From contig NMRA01000134.1 of assembly GCA_002633005.1 (NCBI GenBank), positions 309,077-373,076 of the forward strand: a stretch of DNA of 64,000 nt, given 5' to 3'. The translations under genes and the position numbers were made by a program. The first letter of the stretch is position 1. Each line of letters opens with the position of its first letter. This document shows positions 50,096-63,800 of this stretch, piece after piece. This stretch comes from Phoronis australis. Its lineage: Eukaryota; Animalia; Phoronida. The notes beneath the pieces are model-generated. The model searched no databases and was not told the origin of the DNA. It worked only from the letters and a program-made list of their open reading frames with translations.

Positions 50096-53000
50096 CTGAA
50101 GAAGGAAGAAATTAGACATGCCACTGCTATGACAGACTAGTGAGATTGTGTGGGCATGTCCTGGGCTCACATCTGTAGTGCGACTAATGTGTGAGATCAC
50201 CATATAACCAAATGCATTGAAGATTAAAGTTCTTTCCTCCACAGTGACCATTCACCAACTTCACTGCATGCCATATTCAAATGATAAATTGGCAAATATA
50301 AACAATTTTAAGTATACTATAAAAGCACTTGGCAATTTTCTCTAATTGGCTAATACTTGGAGGAAACCCATTCTCCAGGCAACAAACTTTTCAATCAATC
50401 ATACCATTCCTGCCTTGACAGCCACAATGAATGAAAATTTTCTTGACATTATGTGTTCTGACTGCTTTTTAAACTTTGTTTCAGGTTCAACCTTGTCACT
50501 CAAGTGAGAACGCACATACTGTCAAATGCACACACTTAATTCCAAAATTTTTATAAGTAGGCCTACAGTATCAGATGCAAGTAGGTCTTACTTGGTTTGT
50601 CATGAGTGAACTTGGAACATCAAAAGAAATGTCATGTTTGTGGGAATTATTGATACAAAGACTGGTTATCTGCTGAAAAATACAGATTCTATCTGACCTT
50701 GTTCACACTTAAAAGCACACAACGCTTTGCTTTTCTTAAAGTCAAGATTGGTTGAGTTACACTAAAGTCAAGATTGGTTGAGTTACACTATAGTCAAGAT
50801 TGGTTGAGTTACACTAAAGTCAAGATTGGTTGAGTTACACTAAAGTTCCCCACTTGACCCACATCTAATCTTGTGAAAACACACGATCTCATTTCTAGCT
50901 CAACTGAGAAATTTAGCCAATCACCTAGTCCCTAAGAGAACGAGTTCTCAGTTCAAAGTGGGCAAGCTCGATAATTTAAGACGTATTTTTGAACACAATT
51001 AATGGGACGCGTGATGGAGATGATTGCCAAGAGGTTACTGACTATCCACACAACCTCAGTGTTTGACGAGACAACCTACATATTTCAATTCATTTCAAAA
51101 TATGTTTTACCCAAGAAATTTGTTGAAAAAGCTGAATGGATATTACATTGTAATAATGTACATGATAACGTCAGACTGTCATGGAAATTGACGAACTTTG
51201 CATCGAACGAGTTTGGTTTCAATGGCGACGGAAAACTAGGTACCCACTCAACAGCATTTTCAAAAGCATGCAAAACACATGCTTGGGATAGCTGGTTAAT
51301 AGCGTACATATACTTTTAAAATTCTAAACAAGAGCAACGCGGAGCGTTGAAATGCGCCCACAATTGCACCGCATACGGTATCCTTCTAGGGTTGTTTATT
51401 GGTACCATAAAGTGGCCAGTAGAGGGCATACTTTGCAAAATGGAAAGGCATGGTCATTGTCTCCTCAATGGGCTAGGGGCAAAATGTGAGTAATCTTCAT
51501 AATACAAGCACATCCTATACCTCAGTTGCTTAAAACACCACAGAAACATAGAATTAAAAACAAATTTACCAACATACGAGATTAGCACAGCATTAGAATG
51601 CCAGAAACAAATTTCTACTTGGAACTTTTCCTTCACAGTCACGAAGTAACACAAAGTATACACCTGAAGACCTATGAAAATACNCTGAGAAATTTAGCCA
51701 ATCACCTAGTCCCTAAGAGAACGAGTTCTCAGTTCAAAGTGGGCAAGCTCGATGATTTAAGACGTATTTTCAAACACAATGAATGGGACGCGTGATGGAG
51801 ATGATTGCCAAGAGGTTACTGACTATCCACACAACCTCAGTGTTTGACGAGACAGCCTAAATATTTCAATTCAATTCAAAATATGTTTTACCCAAGAAAT
51901 TTGTTGAAAAAGCTGAATGGATATTACAATGTAATAATGTACATGATAACGTCTGACTGTCATGGAAATTGACGAACTTTGCATCGAACGAGTTTGGTTT
52001 CAATGGCGACGGAAAACTAGGTACCCACTCAACAGCATTTTCAAAAGCATGCAAAACACATGTGTTTTGCATGCTTGGGATCGCTGGTTAATAGCGTACA
52101 TATACTTTTAAAATTCTAAAAAATTAATGATTGAAAATTATCAATATTATTAGAAATCCTCCCTGAAAGGATGTGGCGTCTGCCAAAAAAGGGGAAATTT
52201 GAAAACTTCAGCAATTGTGATTGATCTGCTACCTTCCACATGAATTTTCCAGTTCTCAAGCCTTTTTCTACAGCAGTTAGGTATCTCTATGTGTATATGG
52301 CCCACATTCAGCCCAGGCAGCTTGATGTCGAGACTGTTCACGAAATGGGGGAAATCCCAATCCTAAAAGGAAGAAAGCAGTTCATAATAAATAGAAAACA
52401 ACTAAGGCTTTGACAGTTTCATAACACAGTGTATGGCACTTGATAGGGATGAGAAGCATTCTCAAGTAAAGATTAATGAAACAAGCTGACACAAACGCAA
52501 TCATATAATTACCAAAAAGCGTGTTTTGTGAGTTAATATGTTGCCAGTTTCATTATTACAAAAACCAAACGCTGAACGTAGCTTAGATGAGCAAATGTTT
52601 ATAATTCAAAAATTGGAATTTGTACTGCATCAACCAAGAGGGCTGGAAGCACGGAGTTAGTTTTACTAAGTGCTTCATTATCTTATAGCTTGTTAGTACT
52701 TATACTTGTGTACTTTTGCTAAATTTGACCAACATTATTTGATATTTTTCTACAAGCTTGGATTTCCTTGTTGCCTTATTAACATGGATCGTTAACTTGA
52801 AAAAGCCTACTGATGGGTAAGGGAATCAAGGCTTGTCAAAAAAACCTTGAACAAGGTTGTTGGGCCAGTTATCTTTTTCAACATTGAATTCTTACTTTGG
52901 AAACTCTCACTTCTTGGTAACTGTTTGTGTGCAAACCTGACTAAGATTACTGGCCAGCAACATAATTACGTCAACCTTTGCCAGCCCTAGCAAATGTCGG

Positions 53001-56000
53001 CTTTCTTGCGACTAGTGATCAAACAAACACATCCCTGGCCTGCTCATATGTGTGACAACGGGGGTACACTTGACTTGCATTAAAATAGGAATTTCTTCAC
53101 TGGTTTGAGCAAAGCTATACAAGCTTAGAGTGGAACCCTGAATAAGGCAGACCCAAAAAGCTTGGATAATATTGTCCAGGCTTTAATAAGGTTGTTTACT
53201 TTAATCTCAGCTTGATCAATCTTGTGAGAAGTATTATTCAAGCTTGATCAATTTAGTGTCATATACAGAAGCTTATATCATAAAATCGAGTATTTTACAA
53301 ATAGGTCACCTGCATTAAAATCATGAGATCCATTAGCAGTATGAACGATGCCAACATTGCCCGTGACAACTCGTTGCTCGGAAGAAAGCCCTTGTTGAGC
53401 GTATCCCAGGAGATGATGTCAGTTGCTATGATGACTACAACAACTGTACTCGTTACTATGGTAACACACCAGAACAGAATGATGCGGTTATAGCCCCGTC
53501 TCCACCATCGGCGTACAGGCATAGCCCAACCAGGATATAGCTTCTCTTGAAGCATGATGTCTGTCACCTAGCAATGGATTAAAAATAAGACATAGAATAG
53601 TTTTCAAAAAGAGTTGACACATGTCTTGTCATACGAGCATTGACAGAATTAAGATGCAACAGTTTTCAACCAATTTCCTAAACGAGTTTCAAATATTTAA
53701 ATTCACCTTCACAGAGTTCAAGCTGCTAAATCATGAGCAGGGTAACTGCCTACCTTCGTTAAGAAAGGTAAACTTTCTCCAAAGTACTAATTAAAAGCTT
53801 TAACCCACAAAACCATTATAATTCCTTAATGAACAAAGAAACACAGACGCATGAAAACAGCATGCTCATTCGGTACAATATTCATCCGTACGTTATTTTG
53901 TGTTCTATATCCCAAGAAAAGCAGAAAAGTTTGCTTAAATATTCTTTGAATTAGGTGCCAAAGCATGTAATCATGGGACTTTTTGTTGAAAGACCGACAT
54001 TCCGCAAAAAATCATTATTTTTACAGCTCAGATTTCAGGCTCTGAACCATTAAAGCAACTATAATTCACAATCCACCAAAGAAACTATTTTTTACTTACT
54101 AGTTACAACAATAAAATTGATATCAATTTGTTCCTAACTCAGGTGAGAAGTGGTTTTGGGGCTGGTCAGTTAGTTATTGTTCAAGACCAGGCTTGGTGCA
54201 TAAAATGACATGCTGTGACAAGCAAACTTGTAGTGTGTGGTCTTGAGCAGTAGTGAATGGCAGTTCTTTCCATGGCCAGGATCATCTCTAATTGGACTAA
54301 GGAACAATTACTAGGCCAATTTCACTGTGGTAAGTGGTCTACATTTGTGTCAGAACGTAGGATTATAGTCGCGTTAAAAGAAAATTCCAGACGCACTTTT
54401 GTACCTCATGGAATAAACAGAATTTTCAAATTTTGAGTGACAATTTTCAAAAAATTGTTGAAGCTCTGACAATCTCAGTAAATAACAGCAATTTTTTAGT
54501 ATAAAACAGTAACTACAGCTGTTAGAGGATCGTTGTTGTCATGCATACAGCATGTTTGTCTGACACAATCCAACTTGCTTCACCAAATAAGAGGTTTTGA
54601 ATGGAATTTGCATATTTCAGAACTGCATATCGTAATCCTAATATTTGGCTTTTTATTACAAAAAAAATCTTTAAAAATTTAGGCAACTGCAATTTTGGCC
54701 ACACACCAAATGACTATCGTTTTGCAGTGGACTAGTACATGATCATATTTTCTGAAGGTGGCGCTGTTCTTTTCCCAGATTAGAGAAATCGTGAATGTGG
54801 CATGCAACAAGTCATCTGTACATGAACAACGCAGAGCGTTGAAATGTGCCTACGAATGCATCGCAAATGGTGTGCTTTTAGGGTTGTTTGTGTCATAAAA
54901 ATGGCCACTAGATGGCGCAAAAACGTACAATCCATCCGAAAACGGGAACATGTCATTGCTTCTTAAATAGAAAAGCTATACACCAAATTTCATAGAAATC
55001 CATCACGGAACTTCAGAGAAACAAAGGAAAACAGAATAAAATGAAATTGCCACAAAGGGGCATACTGTTTATTGGATCTGCCTGAAAGTCGTCAAAGTCT
55101 GTTGTTAGCTTCATAGTAAAAACATACATGCCAATTTTCACTATTATCCTGAAAACGGTTTGGTTGATAGAGGGGTGGATGCCAAACAACAGACTAAAAA
55201 ACAGTAAAAATAGCCACCAGGTGGCGCAGACTAGGTCGAATCCATCTGAAAACAGAAAGATAGTGTCACCTCACTAACAAAAGCCTATTCACCACATTTC
55301 ATGAAAATACAATGAGGACCTTTGAAGATACAGACTGAGGTAAACGTAAAAAAATAAAACTGCCACTAGGTGGCACACCATTAGTCACATCTGTCCGAAA
55401 GCTGTTGTTGTCCGTTGTCATCATCATATAAATGCACTTACTAAATATATTAAAGATCCTACAAACACTTAAGGAGATATAGCGATAAGCGCAAAAAAAA
55501 AACTGCCACTAGGAGGCGCCACAGTACTCAAATTCGTCGTAAAATCATCGTCAACCGTTCTCTTCATAGTAACAACATACATGCCAATTTTCACAATCAT
55601 GCTTCAAGCGGTGTGGTTGATAGAGGGGTGGACGCTAAAAAACATATTTGAAAACAGTAAAAATGGCCACTAGGTGGTGCAAACTAAGTCGAATCCATCC
55701 AAAAATGAGAGGATACCATCGTCTCACTAATAGATGCCTATATACCAAATTTTGTGAAAATATGTGGAGGACCTTTGAAGATACAAAGGTAAACATAAAA
55801 AACTAAAATTGCCACTAGGGGGCACACCGGTAGTCGGATCCGTCCGAAAGTTCGCTCATGCCGTCCCATCCATGAAAACAGCACATATGCAAAATTTCAC
55901 GAACATGCGTCAATCGGTTTGGAGTGCAGCGGACGCCGGACGGACGGACAGAGAAGACGGCATAATGCGTCCACATATAAATATGTGGGCGCATAAAAAC

Positions 56001-57694
56001 GGAGCTGCGACATAATCCAGTGGAAAAAGAAAGGCAATTCCCTGGTCATCTTTATGTTGTCATTTTAGAATAATTACTAACTCACAAAATTGAAAATAAA
56101 GAAATTTTACATAAATTGTTAAAACATATTTTTCTGTTTTTAAAACGGGAAATCAGGGTCTCTAGAAAATATTTGAAGAAATGTGGCGCTTGGTAATGAG
56201 GATAGTTACCACAATTACTTTAAAAATTGACATCTATTAAATATGTTCAGTGCATTCTTCAGAATTGTACAAAGAATTCATCAGTGCCACTATCTCACCA
56301 TCCATGCGGTGAAGAAGTCTCCGCACCATGTCCCACACGCAGCAGCCTTCATGAACCATGCGTTGTTGATGCCCATTGGTCCGGTCAGTTTGTAGGCGTC
56401 ATACATGCCTGGCTCGATCATTAGCAGCAAGTTATAGAGCCAAGAGAAGATGAAGAGGCTGAGTATGGTAGTCAGGAACATGACCATAAAGGAGCCCTGG
56501 TCTTCTTGGAACATCTCCAGCCGCAGCAGTCTCTCTAGAACGGACGGCACAAGAGGCAAGTCATGAAACTGGCATTGAGGGATGAATGAGACTATAACAT
56601 GGCCGTGGTTTTCTTGGAATATTTCCACATGCATCAGCCCTCTAGATGGGGTAAGACATATAAAGAATGACTACAAATTAAGGTTACCACACAATCATTA
56701 ACTGTAAAAACCATTGAATCAATTGGAAGAGCAGTATCATTGCTTAAATGTTCATCAGGAAGAGTTTGTGGTTCACATGCAATAAATGTTCAGCAGAATG
56801 AGTTTGCTTCACATGCACAGTTTCTGTCAATACACATGTTGCAATTCTTATGTAAATATTTAGACATCAAAGGACAATAGTAGAGCATATACTAAGCACA
56901 GGGATAGCCATGTTCTCTTACTCAAGAGATCCTTCTGGTTTTGGAATGTCAGCAAACAACCATTCTAGCTTAGACAAGCAAAATTGCCAAAAATTAATAA
57001 AGCAAATTGTTTTATAAAGTGCAGACTTTTGGGAGTTCATGCATGCAGTGGCGTAAGAACGCATCACAGAACCATAAAATCATGTAATTCGAGTACAGAC
57101 TGTAAAATCAGCAATTAAATCGCATGGAAAAATGCAAATAACACATTAAATAAGCAACTAACACAAGTAAAATGAGAAATACTTACTCAAAAACAACCGA
57201 TGGACTACAAGCTTTCCAAACACTACACCACAAGCAATGGCTGCCATCCAGAGTATAACTTTGATGGCACTCCAGTGGTTCGGTGGATAATTCGTGAAAA
57301 TAAAAGCAAAGGCATTTCCAATGGCGGGAATTGTGCATTCCGCGACGCTATGTGCCACAGGGTCTTCTGCATAAATCAAGAAATTACAGAAAACTATGAG
57401 ATAAGCAATGAAAAGTCTAGCGTAGGGATGCTGAAAGTAGTACCGCGCGTCCTTCACCATGAAGAGCGAATATTGACTGATTTTGTCAAAGAAATCAGGA
57501 GAGGCATCCACTTCGTCCATACTTTTGCCGATGTCGTCTGCACTACCGATGTCGTCTGAACTACTGACACTTTTGATATCGTCAGAGTGCCTGATTTTAG
57601 AGTTTTCTTTTTTGGTGTCATCTTTCTGTGTCACTGTGGTGTCATCGCTACGGCAACTAAGGCCCACATCTTCACTGTTTTGATTAGCAGCCAT
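49371..57694 (-). CDS. TMEM117: Transmembrane protein 117, ~618 aa
   Basis: Exons 57694-57187, 56534-56299, 53567-53310, 52362-52233, 50095-49371; phases consistent, 1857 nt. TMEM117 motifs: RYYFQHPYARL...NFLIYAEDPVAHS, FMKAAACGTWCGDFFTAWMVTDIMLQ, DWDFPHF, GKWFQYG...ILDLNMWKNQVFYNP. Kozak context ccaccATGG. Confidence 0.96.
50737..50846. repeat. 26-bp tandem repeat x4 (taaagtcaagattggttgagttacac)
   Basis: Direct reading. Confidence 0.95.
50904..52120. repeat. ~425-bp near-identical direct duplication (50904-51328 / 51685-52120) flanking an n gap
   Basis: Copies differ by SNPs and an 11-nt indel; n at 51684. Confidence 0.93.
51327..51683 (-). mobile_element. Third copy (3' end only, cut by assembly gap)
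   Basis: aacaagagcaacgcggagcgttgaaatgcgccc is the reverse complement of the copy-1 3' end; runs up to the n at 51684. Confidence 0.65.
52233..52362 (-). CDS. TMEM117: TMEM117 coding exon 4
   Basis: DWDFPHFVNSLDIKLPGL...IHVEG. Confidence 0.92.
53310..53567 (-). CDS. TMEM117: TMEM117 coding exon 3
   Basis: VTDIMLQ...LMILMQ. Confidence 0.93.
54823..55999 (-). mobile_element. Second copy of the Helentron/HINE element (7 units)
   Basis: Reverse-complement match to both ends and to the repeat units of 22684-24334. Confidence 0.75.
56299..56534 (-). CDS. TMEM117: TMEM117 coding exon 2
   Basis: RLLRLEMFQEDQGS...DFFTAWM; ttctag acceptor, gtgaga donor. Confidence 0.93.
57187..57694 (-). CDS. TMEM117: TMEM117 coding exon 1
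   Basis: Acidic N-terminal extension, then RYYFQHP...; gtaagt donor. Confidence 0.93.
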
Positions 57695-60600
57695 GGTGGA
57701 ATCATGGGATATTTCCAGCAGTCTTGAATAGCCGGAGTTTGATTTGGGAGGGTAATCTTCCTACAAATTATAAACACGTTCTTATTAACTGTTTAAGTTA
57801 ACGCAATAAATGACCTGTTACAGGGAGACTGTAGAAACTTAAAATTATACTTAAAAATGCCAAGAAGTCAATACACTTTGCAATTTTTGTTAGCTAATAA
57901 AGCCATATGTCAGGAAATAAAAAAACACAAACATTATCAAAGAGTCACTATTCTTTCAGAGCTCAAGGTCTTAAATTAGTCTATATTTCATATCAATCAC
58001 AGGTTAACTTTCAATGATGCAAAAATTGAATTGCTACACAAAGCATGACAAAGAAATTTTCATGCCTGTTTGTTTACGAATATGTAATTATGCCCATCCA
58101 TTTCCTGACATGTTTAAACAGCCAGTGACACAAACAAAATGACTATCATTTTTTACTCTGACTTGCTGGACATGGTAGTTTTGTGTGCTTGCTTTCGAGT
58201 GCTTTAAAAATCCTTATCAAAATTACTGCCTCAAATTCATTTTGTTTTGGAATATTTATTAGACATTGCTGGCATATCAGAGGTCAAACACGGCAAGAAG
58301 AAAACCGTGAAAGATACTAATTCTTTGTAAAATCACGCTTTCCATCAAAGGAACAACTTTGATTTAGGGCGCATACTATTATGAACTCAATCACATCTTG
58401 TTCATTACGAAGGTCAGAAATTGTTTATGGGATTAAGAAGAACCGACAACTGGTTCACGTGGCTTTAGAACCATATATTGCCACCAAGCTTGGTATACGG
58501 AAACTCAAAAGCGGCGTACTTTACAAAAACAAGCCGGGTAAAGATTCACGAACAAAGGCAATGAGTGCATCCACTAGGTTTGGTCGCAATATGCTGCCAA
58601 GGAAAGACGAGCATGGGCTAACAATGGATTATGGTTTTCTGATGCTGTGCGTGTGAAGAACCATGGCCAATCAGGTGCTCCAATCGTGCCATGAAATTTA
58701 CCAGCACTGAGCGCAGAATGGGCTCATTTTCACTGCAGGGAATTTGCTTGCTGCCACGGTGAAGTGCATCTCACCAGAAAGAACCAGTGTGATGCCAGGC
58801 TTCTTGTTGGTTTGGAAGAACAAATACTTCTGAGAAGAAAGTTGTTTTTGACACCAGATATAAACAATACACTGAGGTCTGTTTCATGAAATGTGATTTA
58901 TGTCAAACATTTGGTCTAACTTATGCTACACACAACTATTTCAGAAAATTCATTAAATCTCACTTGAGCAAAAATGCAGTCTGTGAGAATGACACAAAAG
59001 TGCTAGTAACTGAAAAACTTGTTAGTAAGTTACCTGGATAATTACTGTAATTATTTCTAGATTGTGGCTAAACCTTTATTCAGCAACTCTGAAGTGTGAG
59101 TGTAAGATCAAATTTCTGTCTTAGTCACTTTTCATAAAACAGACCCGTTGTCAAAACCTGACGTTGTGAGCAGCGGGCTTGGTGAGCACAACCCACATTT
59201 TTCATTTCTACTATGACTTACGTTAGGCAAATTAGGTTGCAAAGCATGTCTTTTATTTTCAGAGAACCTCATTCTTGATTGACAAATGCAGAAGCACATT
59301 TCACAGATGTTCACTAGACTATAAATGCTGGATACGAGACTACAAGTGAATTTGGTCTTCTATCGCTATCTTATGTTTGAACTGAAATTGGGTTTTCACA
59401 TGGAGTTCCCGTATGACAAGACTACCTTGCCAACTGAACCTATGACACCGTGACAAGTTTGTGAGGTGAAAGTCCAATAACAACTCGGTCAGTTCTTCTC
59501 ATGCCTGAAAATCCCTTATAAATCTGAGTACAGAACAAGATGAGTGGTAGATGACTAGCAGAAGGTACACTGCCTCTTCACTTTACCTCATACACAGACG
59601 TGAAATAAGAACAGTAGGTAGGAGGCATACCTCTAAACAGACGTCTTTGGAACTTTCAGCACAAAATGATCCAGGTTTGCCATAAAGCTCTTCCTGACTT
59701 GGGGTGGCCATTAGGAGTCATTTGGACAAGGACTCTGAAATCATTCATTCACAAACTTCACGACATTATGATAAATTACACTTCTGTGCACTAATTCACT
59801 CCACCCCCACCCATAATTCGGGAGACATTACACATAACAGAGCCTGTACTATCTTCCCTAAACCCATAAAGAAGATAGTGACAGTACATAATTATGATTG
59901 TGCAGTCCATCAAGGCCTGTTAGCCTCTATAACAACCTGTAATGACCAGCACAATAGGCCAGTAGACACAACCAAGCTTTATATACCACCAGCCTGTTCA
60001 CTGCATACGATCCTCCCTCCTGAAGCATTCGTGATCTGTTGCATTAGAAAACATTGTTGTGCCGCATCAGAATGGTAATATCAAGACACCAGGAAGTATG
60101 ACTCAAGAGGAGGAATTTAACCAACCCAACAGATACAACGATAGCATTTTATAGTCACAGGGATTCTCACATGGTGGTGTTGAAAGAAATATTTAAACTG
60201 AACTTAATGTAATCCTTCAGCGATGCGAACTGCTCACCTTCAAAATTTTTTAATTCTCAGTTTTAAACGGCCATTCTCAGTTTAACACCCATCCCTACCT
60301 TATATTAAACAATACTTCCTGACATGTTTTTGATTGTGAATATCTGCACCACAAAAATGTTAAAATGTTAGCCCCCAAAATATGTGTAAAGGCATGCAGC
60401 AAATGATTCAAAAGGTAAATTTTGTGCTCTAAAATTGGATTTGAAATGACTGATTTGGCTCATGTACATTTTTATTATTATAATAGTGCGCAAAAATGTA
60501 AAGGCTTTCCCATGAGTGAATCAACCCTTCTACAAAGCTGATGTTTTTAACACAACAAGATTAGTTAATTGGCAACATAAACTACATATCTACGACTAAC

Positions 60601-60748
60601 AAAGTTCAAAGGAAGCATGTAACCTTACAATAATGCTAACAAGCACATAAGCTTAACTTTTAAAAAATTAAAATGCCTGAAACGAATTGAGTGCAGTACA
60701 ACTTCATGGCTTCCAACATAAGAAAATGATGACAAAACAAAACTTGAA

Positions 60749-60962
60749 CAAGCTGGATGTCACTAATAACCCAAGCTAGATGTCGCTAATAACCCAAGCT
60801 AGATGTCACTAATAACCCAAGCTAGATGTCGCTAATAACCCAAGCTAGATGTCACTAATAACCCAAGCTAGATGTCGCTAATAACCAAAGCTAGATGTCA
60901 CTAATAACCCAAGCTAGATGTCACTAATAACCCAAGCTAGATGTCGCTAATAACCCAAGCTA
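60749..60962. repeat. 23-bp minisatellite aagctagatgtc(a/g)ctaataaccc, ~9 copies
   Basis: Direct reading. Confidence 0.96.
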
Positions 60963-62889
60963 AAACTACAACACACTTATCTCATTATGTCCCACACACA
61001 ATGTATTTACATATAGGATGCCCTTATAAATTATCAGGAGTCTCATATCTAATGGTATGATTTATGTGGGTGGATTTGATTGCAGAATGGTGATAACAAA
61101 ACTTGGACTTGTATTGCAGTGTCCTACACAGCAGGTTTATTTATAACTCGGACTTGTATTGTAGTGTTATAAACCTGTAGTATGGTACACAACAGGTTTA
61201 TTTATAACTTGGATGTAACAGGACTTGTATTGTCATGCAACAAACCTAAGTACTATGTAGTAAGTTATATGTGACTTGATTCTAAAATTCGCACTACAGT
61301 GTTTTGCATATGTAGCCCATCCTCTGCCTAGCCTTTGTCCAAGAAAAGAATGAAACAAGGATAAATATTACGTGCTGAAATTCCGCAGACGTTTAAAGGA
61401 TGCTCAATACAATTACGTGTAGATTTCAAAGCACAATAAATAGCACTGAATTTTCACTGCCCTTCAATGTGTCTAACAACTTCAGAAGATCACCACTGTA
61501 ACACCTAAAATACATGTTGATCGTCAGTTTTCAATAGAAATGCAATGTAATCTAACACAGTCATATAGGACACAGCATGGCAGACCCAAGCTAAAAAACG
61601 TTGGCGACTCCTTTGCTTTTTCTTCACAGTGGGGCCCCAGAGATACACATAGAAGAAACAAATTTAAAGGTAGAGCAAAATTAAAGGTACTCAAACTCAA
61701 GCGCAAATATTTACTTACACCAACACATGGAAATTAGTAAAGTAGGACATGTAATCAAAGCTGTTTTAACATAAAAACTGATATCACATAATGAAAGTAT
61801 TGTATTTTCAAAAGGGTTTCACTAATTAATTTAATTCTAATATAGTCTTTTCAGCAACTCATCTAAATTTCACATTCTTTACCAGATGTTTATCTGTTTA
61901 GGCACTGTAACAGTAAACAGGAAGGCAGTTGGAAGGTAGCAATCAAACAGATATGAAGAAACATTTGTAAATTCATTTATAACTTCAGAAGTTCTGTGAG
62001 TATACACAAAACCTCCACATTGAATGCAACTGCACAAGACAAAAGTAATCAGACAAAAATCGTTTCACCGTAATGATTATTAATTCTGTTAACAGCAAAA
62101 ATGATTAGAAACAGCTATCGGGGCAGCACAATTCTAATTACAAAACAGCCTAGCCACCTTACTAACTTTCCTGTTAAATCCTACATGCCATGACATTTTT
62201 TGTTTCAGTTTACAGATGAAAACTACGTAGCTGAGTTTTGCATGCTGTCGCTTCATAGTGTTTGTGATGAACTAATGAGAATGCATCGGAATTGACATTG
62301 ATAATGCCTTCGGCTGAACTAATGTAGTCCGTCAATATTGTTATGGACAGGTGTTTGGGTCAGCTGCTAATGTCAGCTTTATGGCTATGAGACAGCGTTC
62401 AAACAGATAAGATATTGTGGACGTGCGGCTCAATAAACACGATTATACACACCTACTTACAGGCAATTTGTGTTTGGGACTCAAACAGAATTCAATAGGT
62501 AAAACCATTTTAAAAATAATACCGGGTTATTCAACAAAAATCATAACGGTGTAGATCATGTCAATACTATTTCAAGTGTTGGCCATTAGAAACTCGGCCC
62601 ATTTTACAGGACCTTGTACGGACTATTTCGTAAATAGATTTGTACATTAAGAGCTGCTGTCATCAAGAAGCCTGTATACCAGGAATGCTGATCTAAGGTC
62701 CTTTTGTGTGACAAAGTGTTGTTAGGTTCTGGGGATTCGTCGTCAAAGTCCGTAGACTTTTGGTAGTAATCGCTTATTGCATTATCTGGTGATATCGGCG
62801 AGAGATTCCTGGTCCTGGAACTGAATAAATTAGTGTCATGAGACCTGTTGAAAGATGTGCTCCTCCAATGAGGTTGCCAAGAGCTGGTC

Positions 62890-63030
62890 ATATGCTGAAC
62901 CATGCTGCCAGCCTTTGTAAGTTGGACATTGTGAAACATTTTTAGCCCACAGGTTTTGTGTCTGTGGCTGAGAGTTGGCCAGTTTAAGTTATCTAACATT
63001 GACCCAGGCAACGGAAGTCTCAAACAGCTG
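62890..63030 (-). mobile_element. LINE ORF2 C-terminal fragment
   Basis: MLDNLNWPTLSHRHKTCGLKMFHNV resembles the MLxxLxWxxLxxRRxxxRLxMFYKI motif of CR1/L2-like LINEs. Confidence 0.5.
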
Positions 63031-63616
63031 AGGCGAATTCCAAGGTGGGTTGAAGCAATGTTTTATACCACTGAATAATTTCATAAGGTTGGTAGAGTAC
63101 AAATTGATTTTTTATATTTTTCACAACCAGAAAAGTGTTAGTACCTTAACAGTTTCAGTTACTCTCAGCAGCCATCTTCAGAAGCTATTGGACACTAGGT
63201 GGCATGGTGATGACTCCGTTCCAAATCTTAGATAACTTATACCCTCAAGGGTATCAGTGCAAAACCAATGATTTACCTTGATTCTGTAGATGAGGAGATT
63301 TTCTCTCACATCAATACATGTGTAGATTAACCTTGATTTTTTTACTAAAAATACAACCTTTGAATGATGCTAGACAAAATGGCTGTCAAAAAGAAAAGAC
63401 ACCATCTCAAGATGCTTGAGGGCAAAAGAAGACTGATGAATAAAATTACATAAATACGTCTGGCTGCTAGCTCAGGTCACCAGACAGCACTGGCAAAACA
63501 TGGGCTTACAATGTTACACTGACAACGAGTTTGTTGTGGGCCAGTTAAGGAAACTTACAATCCAGTTGCTTACAGTACCTGATACACCATAATGGATTAA
63601 TTTGTAAATCACTAAG

Positions 63617-63800
63617 CAGTGGCAGATCTACGTTTTCAGCAAGGGGGGGGTTTAAGATTCCCGCCAAGGTCGAATCCTAGGCGCGTGGCGCCGAGCAGGG
63701 GGGAGGTGAGCAGGGGGGTTTCCCCTCCCGTGTAAGACATTTTTTTCTTTTTGTAGCCAAATAGTGAAATTTACATGCATCCTGGTAAGTTTCTGGCACT
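63617..63800. mobile_element. hAT-like MITE 5' end (right end not identified)
   Basis: cagtggcagatct followed by G-runs, as in 5342-5524. Confidence 0.45.

Noticed and set aside
60749-60962. CRISPR-like regular repeats (also 27934, 40823, 50737)
   Set aside because: Head-to-tail repeats without unique spacers, in a eukaryotic genome with no cas genes.
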